DNA from: Giardia intestinalis
Lineage: Eukaryota
Reading direction: 5' to 3' (one strand)
Assembly: GCA_000002435.2 (NCBI GenBank)
Contig: CM018793.1
DNA: 64,000 bases
Each line of letters opens with the position of its first letter. Position 1 is the stretch's first letter. The position numbers were made by a program, and so were the translations under genes. Below the pieces are notes generated by a model, which was not told the DNA's origin, ran no database searches, and was given only the letters and a program-made list of their open reading frames with translations. Below are positions 1 to 10,400 of this stretch, piece after piece.

Positions 1-3000
1 GCCAGGGGGGCCTTCTCCCCAGCTCCAGGGGTATGCTCCTGTGCGCGGGGGCGCGCGGGTCACGGCCAGGGGGGCCAGGCGCTGCAGGCTGTGTGTTAGT
101 GGATCCGCGGAGAGGGCGGCCTGCGGTGTTAGGGCATAGCGGCATGCAGCATACAGGCCCGAGGGAGGCGTGCCATGTGGGGGGAGTGGTAGGGGGGCAT
201 CCTGGAGGATCGATGGCGAAGGTGCCGATCCTCCTCCGTGGCGGCGCAGGAGTCCTGGATGAGACGTGATGGCGTGGGTGCTTGGCCTTTGCTCGAGCGC
301 ATGGTGTGGGTGGACCGATTCCCCGCATCCTCCAGGCCCTGCGGGGGCGGTCTTCAGGCCCAAATTCTGGATTTTGGAAAAAATAAAATCCACCATGAGC
401 GTCGCCCCGGCGCAACCAGCAGGCCCTGGGCCGCGGAAACAAAGAGACAAATAGCCCGTGGACCAAGAAGAGTGCAGGCCTGTTTGGGGGGTAGAAGACG
501 ACGCGTCGGGCCAGAAACCCAGGGATCCAGGATTCCAGTCAAAGGCAGGCCTACAGACCGGCCCACTGCACCGCGCACATACGCGAGGCACCATAATGCT
601 GTTGCACTAAAAAGGGAAGCGCGAGCCCAGAGAACCGGCGAGGAAACCAGCTGGGGTGAGGGTGGGGAGCCAAATCTGGCCCATCGACACACGGGTGAGC
701 GTGGCCGCCCAAGGGACAGCGTGGACAGGTGTGCAGGCCCCATAAAGGATGCACGATGGGATCGGCCGGGGCCACCGATTCGGGGGACAAGGAGACCGTC
801 CGGACGGTCCCCGGAGTCCGGAGAAGGAGGTGCGGACCGTGCGCCATAGCTAGCCCATCCACACGTGTCGTGCTATTCCAGAATGGTGGCTCACCGGAGG
901 CGTCTGGCCAAGATGGCGGGGGCAGCGGGGCGGTGTCCCATACGCCCAGAGCCGACAGAAGGTCACGCCTGAGAGAGCAGACTGACGGCTTAGGAGGTGG
1001 TGTGGGGAGGCACGGGTGATGGAGGAGGCCCCCTAAGGGCGGGTCCAGGCTGATGACGCCAGCTCAGGACAGACCGGCAGAGCGCCGTGGAGCCATATTC
1101 TTCTGTGCGTGCCAGTCCCATCTGTGACAAGCAACCCATGTGGTGCCAGCGCTGGTGGGAGGCATGTGGCCCAGGTATGGAGCGAAACCTGGGGCCCGGC
1201 CGGACTGTCAACAGCCGTCACCGCGACTCAGCGGAGACCGAGCAGGAGAGGTAGAGAGGAGCAGGGGAGAATGGCCAGGCAAACACAGGCGCATGAGGGA
1301 TGGCCCATGGAGGGCAAGCACCTGGAGGCCAGGCCAGAGTGACCAGGTTCCCTGTACCGGGGCGCCCAGAGTGGGTACATGAGGGGGGCAGTGGGGAAGC
1401 GATGCACCCGAGGGCTCAGTAGCACATAGCACCCGGCCATCCTCTCCAGGGGCACCGGGGCGCTGCAGCAGAGGATGGCCCGAGCCAGGGCTGTGCCGCC
1501 CCGGACCGGAGGCGGCCACTGGCGGGCAGTTCCATGGGGGGATCAGCACGGCGCGGTGCGATGGTACGAATGACACACGGGGCTAGCCTCTTCCCCCAGC
1601 ACCAGCTCGCCAGACTCAGCACCCAAGGACCGCCGCTGCCCGGGAGGACAGACAGACGAACACCGGGCTGCGGCGTGGGCAGATGACGAGTCCCATCGAG
1701 GAAGTGCCCAAACGTAGGCAGGGCGGGTGTCTGGCCATCCAGGGGGGCGTCCGGCCTGGCCCGGCCTGGTCGAGTGTGTATGGCATCGCGGCTAGGCATC
1801 TATCGCACCGGTCTGGACGTGATGCACACCCGAATGATAGGGCAAGAGGCCTCGGGTGCGAGCGAGGAGTACCAGGGGAGACAGCTCGGCACGCAGGCCC
1901 AGGGGTCCGTTCGCGCTGTGGGGCAGCCGACAGCGGGCAGGGTGCCCAAGCATGACCACTAGCGCCCCGTGTCGATGCGTTTGAAGGGGTAGAAGCCATC
2001 AGGGGCATGCGGCTTGGGAGGACCGACGCGCTTGAAGAAGGACGGCAGGGCCTTGTGCACCGGCTCGGGTGCTCCTGCATCGTCGGGGCTGTCGTCATCC
2101 AGTGGAGGCGGGGAGGGGGCCCTTGAGCACATGAAGGGGTCTGGGCGTTCGTTTGCATCCGCTGTGCGGGGTGATCGGTGCCCCAGGTGATCGAGGAGGA
2201 GACCTCAGCAGGACCCCAGGGAGGAGGGACTGCCGCATCAGGATGCTGGCTGAGATCGGCCATGATCTCTACGGAGGGCGACGTGCCAGGGCTCCACATG
2301 GCAGGGGTGAGGGGAGTAGGAGGAGTAGCCCGAGCCTCGTTGGGAGCCGGTTCCGGCAGGGATACTGCAGGGGCGGGGCGGTGCACCGGCCTCTCCACTC
2401 GCAGCCCAGCGTACAGGAGGGCCGACAGCCTGTAGTGCCAGAGGATGACCTGCGCCGCCTCCTGCATGAAGCGCGCAAGGTCCACGCCGGCGAACGCGAG
2501 TCCGGCCGCAGACAGGTGGTGCAGGACGCCGTCAGCACCGACCACGACGGGGAGGATGTGGGCCGCCCGCCCCTGGAGCACGAGGGGGCGATACTTGGCG
2601 GCCTTCAGGGCATAGGACCGCTCCAGCCTCCACGGGACAGTGACCACCAAGTCCCCGAAGCCCCCACCGATGACAAGGTCAGGCTGGAGGTGATCCACTG
2701 GGATCGTGGGATTGCGCACAACAGACCCAGCGCGACCGCGGGAGCACGCGAGCAGGGCGTCCAGAATCTTGTCGTGCCGCGCCACGTGAATCCCGTTAAT
2801 GGCCTTGCACACCAGATGGTGCCTGGGAAGGAAGGGCTGCTTGCAGTGGCAGCACGTGCCCATCGGCCGGCCCCGCTGGTACCTCCCCGCCAAGCAGTCC
2901 CCTATGAACAGGACCTGCGTGTTGTCCAGGGGTGCGCAGCCCAGCAATGCGAGCGGCAGGAAGGATCGGAGCGCGGCCGTGTCCTGCAGGCGCTTCTTCC

Positions 3001-5289
3001 TCAGCTCGCGGAAGACGCCCGCCTTCATGTCCTGGCGCTGCCTGTGCATCTCGTCGTAGTAGTGATGGGGCAGCACCAGTCCGAGGCCGTACTTCGCGCG
3101 GGGCGTCAGAGCAAGGGTCTTCGCAAGGGGTTCGGGGATCTCCAGAAGGGTCGCGACCTCCTCCACTATCTGCGCATCGACGTCGGCATAGGGGGACGGG
3201 CCCGGGTAGTCGTCAACAAGGGGTCCATAGTTAACTGCAGGGACGACGCAGGCAGACAGGAGCCTGAGGCGGTCGTGGAGTGAGAGACCCGAAGCACGGA
3301 GGACGGCGAGATGCTCGTGGAGCCGGCGGGCCGATGTCTGCGCGAGGTTGAAGGAGGAGTGCTTGAGCACGCGGGTGCCCATGAAGGAGATCGCCCCGGC
3401 CTGGGTCGAGGAGCACTTCGAGAGCTCGACCGTGAGCCCTATGCGGGAGAGGGCAGACTGCGCGTCACTCTTCACGGTATCTATGGGAATCGCCTCCTCT
3501 GACGCAATGACGAGGTCGTCGGCGTATGCAACGACCTTGTACTGGCCGAGGTACGTCTCCACCGGCCAGACAAGGCTCTGGCAGAACATCGCCATGGACA
3601 GCGGGTCCCCCTGTGGCACGCCCGCTGGGACCGCGGGGAGGTCCGAGGAGTGCCGAGCCGCGAGGAACGACTCAATGTACGCGACGGTCGGCTGGACCAC
3701 CCCTGCCCGGCGGAGCGCAAAGAGGATGACGGAATGCGGGACGCTGTTGAAGGCATTCCGCACATCCACCGTGAGCAGGTGGTGTGTCCTCTTCAGCTCC
3801 TCGGCCGCGCGGATCGCCTTCATCTGGGCGAGGTGCTCAAAGGCCAGCTGCCACGCCGGGAGCTTGCGGAGCGCGGGAGTCCGACGCAGGAGCAAGCGGT
3901 GGAAGGCGACCAGAAGCGTCTCCTGCACTGCGATAGGGCGCCATCGGCCGCCAGACTTGGGCAGAAGCTTCAGCCTGAACTCGCACAGGGGCTGGAGCTG
4001 GGCCCAGTTCCTGCTGGAGAAGAGGGTCGTCAGGACAGAGGTGAAGAGCTCCGCAGCCCCGGCGGCCCCACAAAGGTGCAGGAGGTGAGGCTTCCCCAGC
4101 CCAGAGGGTCCGGCCGCGACAGGCCTCATCGCCTGCAGCTCCTTCAGCAGCGCCTTGGCCGTTATCTTGGGCGACGGGCCGAGCACGTGATGGACGGGGG
4201 GCAGAGAGACAGGCATGGGGCGCGGGTGGAGCTCATGGACAATCGCTTCCCGCTCCTTGCCCTGGGGCTCGGGGACCCTGGCGGCAGAGGACGTCTCGCT
4301 CAACAGCGCCTGCCATGCCCGGCCGAGCAGCCCCTTCCGGAGAAGCGACTGCGCCGGGGGGAGCCGTCCAGAGCCCTCCATGCGGCGGCACGTCGAGAGG
4401 AAGCGCGCTAGGGCCTCTACAGGAGGAAGGCGCCCCGCCATCTCTGTGAATACGTCAGTGAGGAGGCGAAGCAGCTCAGGGGACGGGCTGCCACTAGGCA
4501 CCCCGATGCGCTCGGGGACTGTGGCGTCGAGCGGGAGGTAGTGGCCGAGCCTGGCGATATGGGCCTTCAGCCCCCTCTCCGTTTTGTATCGGGCCCGGCA
4601 CATGCTGCATGCATACGGGAACACAGGGTCCGGCGTTGGCGAGGGAGAGGGCTCGGCGGCTGCAGGTGGAGGGGCAGACCCCGACAGCGGAGAAGGGCTG
4701 CGCGACGGAGAAGGTGAACCGGGAGGCGGATGGTGCATCCCGATGTGGACATCGATCGCCGCAGAGTCAGGCAGCACCTCTCCGCAGCGCTCGCAGACAG
4801 TCGTACGGCCCCCAGGAGCAGGCAGGTCTGCGCCCCGGGCCTCCTGCTCGTCCGTGATGGACGGGGAGTTGTCGTGGCCCAGGTCGTATGGGAGGCCGTC
4901 GTCGGGAATCGGGAGGGGCTCCTGGCCACAGGGCAGAAGGTCGTTCGACAGGCAGGGAGGAGAGGCGTCCCGGGCCACCGAGGCCCCGGAGCCCTGTAAG
5001 CCATGGACAGGAGAAGACTCATTGGGAGAGTTGTCCGTGGCGGAACGGCTGTTGCCAGGCCCAGGCTGGGGGGATGGGGGCCCGTGGGAGCCGCAGAGGG
5101 GCTCGCAAGAGGAAGGCCGGGCCATGGCGGTCGTCGAGGCATCGTTGCCGTCACCCAGCGTCATAGGATCGGGAGTGCCCCTAGGTAGGGGCCTGTGGGA
5201 GTCGGTTGGAGCGTGGTTGGGAGGCTCTGGGCCTGAGGAAGCCCCGATCTCCGTGGTTCCCGAAGGCGCGGAAAGGGCGGAACGCATGG
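1..5289 (-). mobile_element. R2-like (RLE-type) non-LTR retrotransposon copy E0; its 3' end and poly(A) lie left of the window
   Basis: Same ORF and 3' region as the other copies. The ATG complement is at 5285-5287, 2 nt from the poly(T) of E1. The 3' region at 590-780 carries several small deletions relative to E1-E3. Confidence 0.85.
1616..5287 (-). CDS. R2-type RT/endonuclease ORF of copy E0; a 1-bp deletion near the 3' end changes the last ~68 aa and extends the frame
   Basis: Identical to the E1 protein up to ...ITWGTDHPAQ. Sequence gcatccgctgtgc (about 2160) lacks one g relative to E1 gcatccggctgtgc (7640). All catalytic domains are intact. The track ORF 1616..5740 additionally reads through the poly(A) by chance. 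Confidence 0.6.
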   Translation of the reverse strand: MRSALSAPSGTTEIGASSGPEPPNHAPTDSHRPLPRGTPDPMTLGDGNDASTTAMARPSSCEPLCGSHGPPSPQPGPGNSRSATDNSPNESSPVHGLQGSGASVARDASPPCLSNDLLPCGQEPLPIPDDGLPYDLGHDNSPSITDEQEARGADLPAPGGRTTVCERCGEVLPDSAAIDVHIGMHHPPPGSPSPSRSPSPLSGSAPPPAAAEPSPSPTPDPVFPYACSMCRARYKTERGLKAHIARLGHYLPLDATVPERIGVPSGSPSPELLRLLTDVFTEMAGRLPPVEALARFLSTCRRMEGSGRLPPAQSLLRKGLLGRAWQALLSETSSAARVPEPQGKEREAIVHELHPRPMPVSLPPVHHVLGPSPKITAKALLKELQAMRPVAAGPSGLGKPHLLHLCGAAGAAELFTSVLTTLFSSRNWAQLQPLCEFRLKLLPKSGGRWRPIAVQETLLVAFHRLLLRRTPALRKLPAWQLAFEHLAQMKAIRAAEELKRTHHLLTVDVRNAFNSVPHSVILFALRRAGVVQPTVAYIESFLAARHSSDLPAVPAGVPQGDPLSMAMFCQSLVWPVETYLGQYKVVAYADDLVIASEEAIPIDTVKSDAQSALSRIGLTVELSKCSSTQAGAISFMGTRVLKHSSFNLAQTSARRLHEHLAVLRASGLSLHDRLRLLSACVVPAVNYGPLVDDYPGPSPYADVDAQIVEEVATLLEIPEPLAKTLALTPRAKYGLGLVLPHHYYDEMHRQRQDMKAGVFRELRKKRLQDTAALRSFLPLALLGCAPLDNTQVLFIGDCLAGRYQRGRPMGTCCHCKQPFLPRHHLVCKAINGIHVARHDKILDALLACSRGRAGSVVRNPTIPVDHLQPDLVIGGGFGDLVVTVPWRLERSYALKAAKYRPLVLQGRAAHILPVVVGADGVLHHLSAAGLAFAGVDLARFMQEAAQVILWHYRLSALLYAGLRVERPVHRPAPAVSLPEPAPNEARATPPTPLTPAMWSPGTSPSVEIMADLSQHPDAAVPPPWGPAEVSSSITWGTDHPAQRMQTNAQTPSCAQGPPPRLHWMTTAPTMQEHPSRCTRPCRPSSSASVLPSRMPLMASTPSNASTRGASGHAWAPCPLSAAPQRERTPGPACRAVSPGTPRSHPRPLALSFGCASRPDRCDRCLAAMPYTLDQAGPGRTPPWMARHPPCLRLGTSSMGLVICPRRSPVFVCLSSRAAAVLGC

Positions 5290-5302
5290 TTTTTTTTTTT
5301 TT
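5290..5302 (-). repeat. Poly(A) tail (13 nt) of copy E1, directly abutting the ATG of E0
   Basis: Plus strand reads catgg ttttttttttttt cagagg. Confidence 0.9.
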
Positions 5303-7431
5303 CAGAGGCGGTTTACTACGTAATATGCGCGCAAGGCGGTAAGGACATTGGAGGGGAGGCAGCCTCACGACGGAGGGGAAGGGCCCGCCCGGGGCGCCCA
5401 GCCCCCGTGCCCGCGTGGTCTCGCGGCGGGGGCGCGGCCAGGGGGGCCTTCTCCCCAGCTCCAGGGGTATGCTCCTGTGCGCGGGGGCGCGCGGGTCACG
5501 GCCAGGGGGGCCAGGCGCTGCAGGCTGTGTGTTAGTGGATCCGCGGAGAGGGCGGCCTGCGGTGTTAGGGCATAGCGGCATGCAGACATACAGGCCCGAG
5601 GGAGGCGTGCCATGTGAGGGGGAGTGGTAGGGGGGCATCCTGGAGGATCGATGGCGAAGGTGCCGATCCTCCTCCGTGGCGGCGCAGGAGTCCTGGATGA
5701 GACGTGATGGCGTGGGTGCTTGGCCTTTGCTCGAGCGCATGGTGTGGGTGGACCGATTCCCCGCATCCTCCAGGCCCTGCGGGGGCGGTCTTCAGGCCCA
5801 AATTCTGGATTTTGGAAAAAATAAAATCCACCATGAGCGTCGCCCCGGCGCAACCAGCAGGCCCTGGGCCGCGGAAACAAAGAGACAAATAGCCCGTGGA
5901 CCAAGAAGAGTGCAGGCCTGTTTGGGGGGTAGAAGACGACGCGTCGGGCCAGAAACCCAGGGATCCAGGATTCCAGTCAAAGGCAGGCCTACAGACCGGC
6001 CCACTGCACCGCGCACATACGCGAGGCACCATAATGCTGTTGCACTAAAAAGGGAAGCGCGAGCCCAGAGAACCGGCGAGGAAACAGCTTGGGGGTGGAG
6101 GGGTTTGGGGAGCCCAAATTCTGGCCCATCGACACACGGGGTGAGCTGTGGCCGGCCCAAGGGGACAGCGTGGACAGGTGTGTGCAGTGCCCCATATAAG
6201 GATGCACGATGGGGATCGGCCGGGGCCACCGATTCGGGGGACAAGGGAGACGCGTCCGGACTGTCCCCGGGAGTCCGTGAGAAGGGAGGGTGCGGACCGT
6301 GCGCCATAGCTAGCCCATCCACACGTGTCGTGCTATTCCAGAATGGTGGCTCACCGGAGGCGTCTGGCCAAGATGGCGGGGGCAGCGGGGCGGTGGTCCC
6401 ATACGGCCCAGGAGGCCGACAGAAGGTCACGCCTGAGAGAGCAGACTGACGGCTTAGGAGGTGGTGTGGGGAGGCACGGGTGATGGAGGAGGCCCCCTAA
6501 GGGCGGGTCCAGGCTGATGACGCCAGCTCAGGACAGACCGGCAGAGCGCCGTGGAGCCATATTCTTCTGTGCGTGCCAGTCCCATCTGTGACAAGCAACC
6601 CATGTGGTGCCAGCGCTGGTGGGAGGCATGTGGCCCAGGTATGGAGCGAAACCTGGGGGCCCGGCCGGGACTGTCAACAGCCGTCACCGCGACTCAGCGG
6701 AGACCGAGCAGGAGAGGTAGAGAGGAGCAGGGGAGAATGGGCCAGGCAAACACAGGCGCATGAGGGATGGCCCATTGGAGGGCAAGCACCTGGAGGCCAG
6801 GGCCAGAGTGACCAGGTTCCCTGTACCGGGGCGCCCAGAGTGGGTACATGAGGGGGGGCAGTGGGGAAGCGATGCACCCGAGGGCTCAGTAGCACATAGC
6901 ACCCGGCCATCCTCTCCAGGGGGCACCGGGGCGCTGCAGCAGAGGATGGCCCGAGCCAGGGCTGTGCCGCCCCGGACCGGAGGCGGCCACTGGCGGGCAG
7001 TTCCATGGGGGGATCAGCACGGCGCGGTGCGATGGTACGAATGACACACGGGGCTAGCCTCTTCCCCCAGCACCAGCTCGCCAGACTCAGCACCCAAGGA
7101 CCGCCGCTGCCCGGGAGGACAGACAGACGAACACCGGGCTGCGGCGTGGGCAGATGACGAGTCCCATCGAGGAAGTGCCCAAACGTAGGCAGGGCGGGTG
7201 TCTGGCCATCCAGGGGGGCGTCCGGCCTGGCCCGGCCTGGTCGAGTGTGTATGGCATCGCGGCTAGGCATCTATCGCACCGTGTCTGGACGTGATGCACA
7301 CCCGAATGATAGGGGCAAGAGGCCTCGGGTGCGAGCGAGGAGTACCAGGGGAGACAGCTCGGCACGCAGGCCCAGGGGTCCGTTCGCGCTGTGGGGCAGC
7401 CGACAGCGGGCAGGGTGCCCAAGCATGACCA
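5303..7431 (-). other. Unusually long (2129 nt) non-coding 3' region of E1. The equivalent regions in other copies are 10778-12906, 16255-18378, 21631-23734 and 1-1958 (partial)
   Basis: It lies between the ORF stop (7432-7434) and the poly(A). Only low-complexity Pro/Gly/Arg-rich ORFs occur on either strand. The region is near-identical across copies. Confidence 0.7.
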
Positions 7432-10400
7432 CTAGCGCCCCGTGTCGATGCGTTTGAAGGGGTAGAAGCCATCAGGGGCATGCGGCTTGGGAGGACCGAC
7501 GCGCTTGAAGAAGGACGGCAGGGCCTTGTGCACCGGCTCGGGTGCTCCTGCATCGTCGGGGCTGTCGTCATCCAGTGGAGGCGGGGAGGGGGCCCTTGAG
7601 CACATGAAGGGGTCTGGGCGTTCGTTTGCATCCGGCTGTGCGGGGTGATCGGTGCCCCAGGTGATCGAGGAGGAGACCTCAGCAGGACCCCAGGGAGGAG
7701 GGACTGCCGCATCAGGATGCTGGCTGAGATCGGCCATGATCTCTACGGAGGGCGACGTGCCAGGGCTCCACATGGCAGGGGTGAGGGGAGTAGGAGGAGT
7801 AGCCCGAGCCTCGTTGGGAGCCGGTTCCGGCAGGGATACTGCAGGGGCGGGGCGGTGCACCGGCCTCTCCACTCGCAGCCCAGCGTACAGGAGGGCCGAC
7901 AGCCTGTAGTGCCAGAGGATGACCTGCGCCGCCTCCTGCATGAAGCGCGCAAGGTCCACGCCGGCGAACGCGAGTCCGGCCGCAGACAGGTGGTGCAGGA
8001 CGCCGTCAGCACCGACCACGACGGGGAGGATGTGGGCCGCCCGCCCCTGGAGCACGAGGGGGCGATACTTGGCGGCCTTCAGGGCATAGGACCGCTCCAG
8101 CCTCCACGGGACAGTGACCACCAAGTCCCCGAAGCCCCCACCGATGACAAGGTCAGGCTGGAGGTGATCCACTGGGATCGTGGGATTGCGCACAACAGAC
8201 CCAGCGCGACCGCGGGAGCACGCGAGCAGGGCGTCCAGAATCTTGTCGTGCCGCGCCACGTGAATCCCGTTAATGGCCTTGCACACCAGATGGTGCCTGG
8301 GAAGGAAGGGCTGCTTGCAGTGGCAGCACGTGCCCATCGGCCGGCCCCGCTGGTACCTCCCCGCCAAGCAGTCCCCTATGAACAGGACCTGCGTGTTGTC
8401 CAGGGGTGCGCAGCCCAGCAATGCGAGCGGCAGGAAGGATCGGAGCGCGGCCGTGTCCTGCAGGCGCTTCTTCCTCAGCTCGCGGAAGACGCCCGCCTTC
8501 ATGTCCTGGCGCTGCCTGTGCATCTCGTCGTAGTAGTGATGGGGCAGCACCAGTCCGAGGCCGTACTTCGCGCGGGGCGTCAGAGCAAGGGTCTTCGCAA
8601 GGGGTTCGGGGATCTCCAGAAGGGTCGCGACCTCCTCCACTATCTGCGCATCGACGTCGGCATAGGGGGACGGGCCCGGGTAGTCGTCAACAAGGGGTCC
8701 ATAGTTAACTGCAGGGACGACGCAGGCAGACAGGAGCCTGAGGCGGTCGTGGAGTGAGAGACCCGAAGCACGGAGGACGGCGAGATGCTCGTGGAGCCGG
8801 CGGGCCGATGTCTGCGCGAGGTTGAAGGAGGAGTGCTTGAGCACGCGGGTGCCCATGAAGGAGATCGCCCCGGCCTGGGTCGAGGAGCACTTCGAGAGCT
8901 CGACCGTGAGCCCTATGCGGGAGAGGGCAGACTGCGCGTCACTCTTCACGGTATCTATGGGAATCGCCTCCTCTGACGCAATGACGAGGTCGTCGGCGTA
9001 TGCAACGACCTTGTACTGGCCGAGGTACGTCTCCACCGGCCAGACAAGGCTCTGGCAGAACATCGCCATGGACAGCGGGTCCCCCTGTGGCACGCCCGCT
9101 GGGACCGCGGGGAGGTCCGAGGAGTGCCGAGCCGCGAGGAACGACTCAATGTACGCGACGGTCGGCTGGACCACCCCTGCCCGGCGGAGCGCAAAGAGGA
9201 TGACGGAATGCGGGACGCTGTTGAAGGCATTCCGCACATCCACCGTGAGCAGGTGGTGTGTCCTCTTCAGCTCCTCGGCCGCGCGGATCGCCTTCATCTG
9301 GGCGAGGTGCTCAAAGGCCAGCTGCCACGCCGGGAGCTTGCGGAGCGCGGGAGTCCGACGCAGGAGCAAGCGGTGGAAGGCGACCAGAAGCGTCTCCTGC
9401 ACTGCGATAGGGCGCCATCGGCCGCCAGACTTGGGCAGAAGCTTCAGCCTGAACTCGCACAGGGGCTGGAGCTGGGCCCAGTTCCTGCTGGAGAAGAGGG
9501 TCGTCAGGACAGAGGTGAAGAGCTCCGCAGCCCCGGCGGCCCCACAAAGGTGCAGGAGGTGAGGCTTCCCCAGCCCAGAGGGTCCGGCCGCGACAGGCCT
9601 CATCGCCTGCAGCTCCTTCAGCAGCGCCTTGGCCGTTATCTTGGGCGACGGGCCGAGCACGTGATGGACGGGGGGCAGAGAGACAGGCATGGGGCGCGGG
9701 TGGAGCTCATGGACAATCGCTTCCCGCTCCTTGCCCTGGGGCTCGGGGACCCTGGCGGCAGAGGACGTCTCGCTCAACAGCGCCTGCCATGCCCGGCCGA
9801 GCAGCCCCTTCCGGAGAAGCGACTGCGCCGGGGGGAGCCGTCCAGAGCCCTCCATGCGGCGGCACGTCGAGAGGAAGCGCGCTAGGGCCTCTACAGGAGG
9901 AAGGCGCCCCGCCATCTCTGTGAATACGTCAGTGAGGAGGCGAAGCAGCTCAGGGGACGGGCTGCCACTAGGCACCCCGATGCGCTCGGGGACTGTGGCG
10001 TCGAGCGGGAGGTAGTGGCCGAGCCTGGCGATATGGGCCTTCAGCCCCCTCTCCGTTTTGTATCGGGCCCGGCACATGCTGCATGCATACGGGAACACAG
10101 GGTCCGGCGTTGGCGAGGGAGAGGGCTCGGCGGCTGCAGGTGGAGGGGCAGACCCCGACAGCGGAGAAGGGCTGCGCGACGGAGAAGGTGAACCGGGAGG
10201 CGGATGGTGCATCCCGATGTGGACATCGATCGCCGCAGAGTCAGGCAGCACCTCTCCGCAGCGCTCGCAGACAGTCGTACGGCCCCCAGGAGCAGGCAGG
10301 TCTGCGCCCCGGGCCTCCTGCTCGTCCGTGATGGACGGGGAGTTGTCGTGGCCCAGGTCGTATGGGAGGCCGTCGTCGGGAATCGGGAGGGGCTCCTGGC

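Noticed and set aside
1616-5740. 1374-aa ORF running across a poly(A) tract from one copy into the next
   Set aside because: Chance read-through: the 13-nt poly(A) reads as KKKK and the upstream 3' region happens to lack stops in that frame. In the other copies the frame is closed, and the biological ORF starts at the Met right after the poly(A).
5676-6449. ORFs inside the 2.1-kb 3' region (257 aa on plus at 5676-6449; 212 aa on minus at 5792-6430; 198 aa on minus at 6674-7270) as a possible second element ORF
   Set aside because: Overlapping mutually antisense frames with extreme P/G/R/A composition and no motif. This is typical of GC-rich non-coding sequence. A real ORF1 would precede, not follow, the RT ORF.
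6500-6560. CUGAUGA box (ggtccaggctgatgacgccagc) as a possible hammerhead ribozyme
   Set aside because: No GAAA box, and no stem II or III pairing around it. It also lies on the strand antisense to the element.
7645-8757. Long plus-strand ORFs antisense to the RT gene, repeated in every copy (370 aa at 7645-8757; also 8822-9562, 9124-9885, 10058-10798, 246-253 aa each)
   Set aside because: Arg/Gly/Pro-rich and low-complexity. They are exactly antisense to a real GC-rich coding sequence, where stop codons are rare by composition. No recognisable domain.
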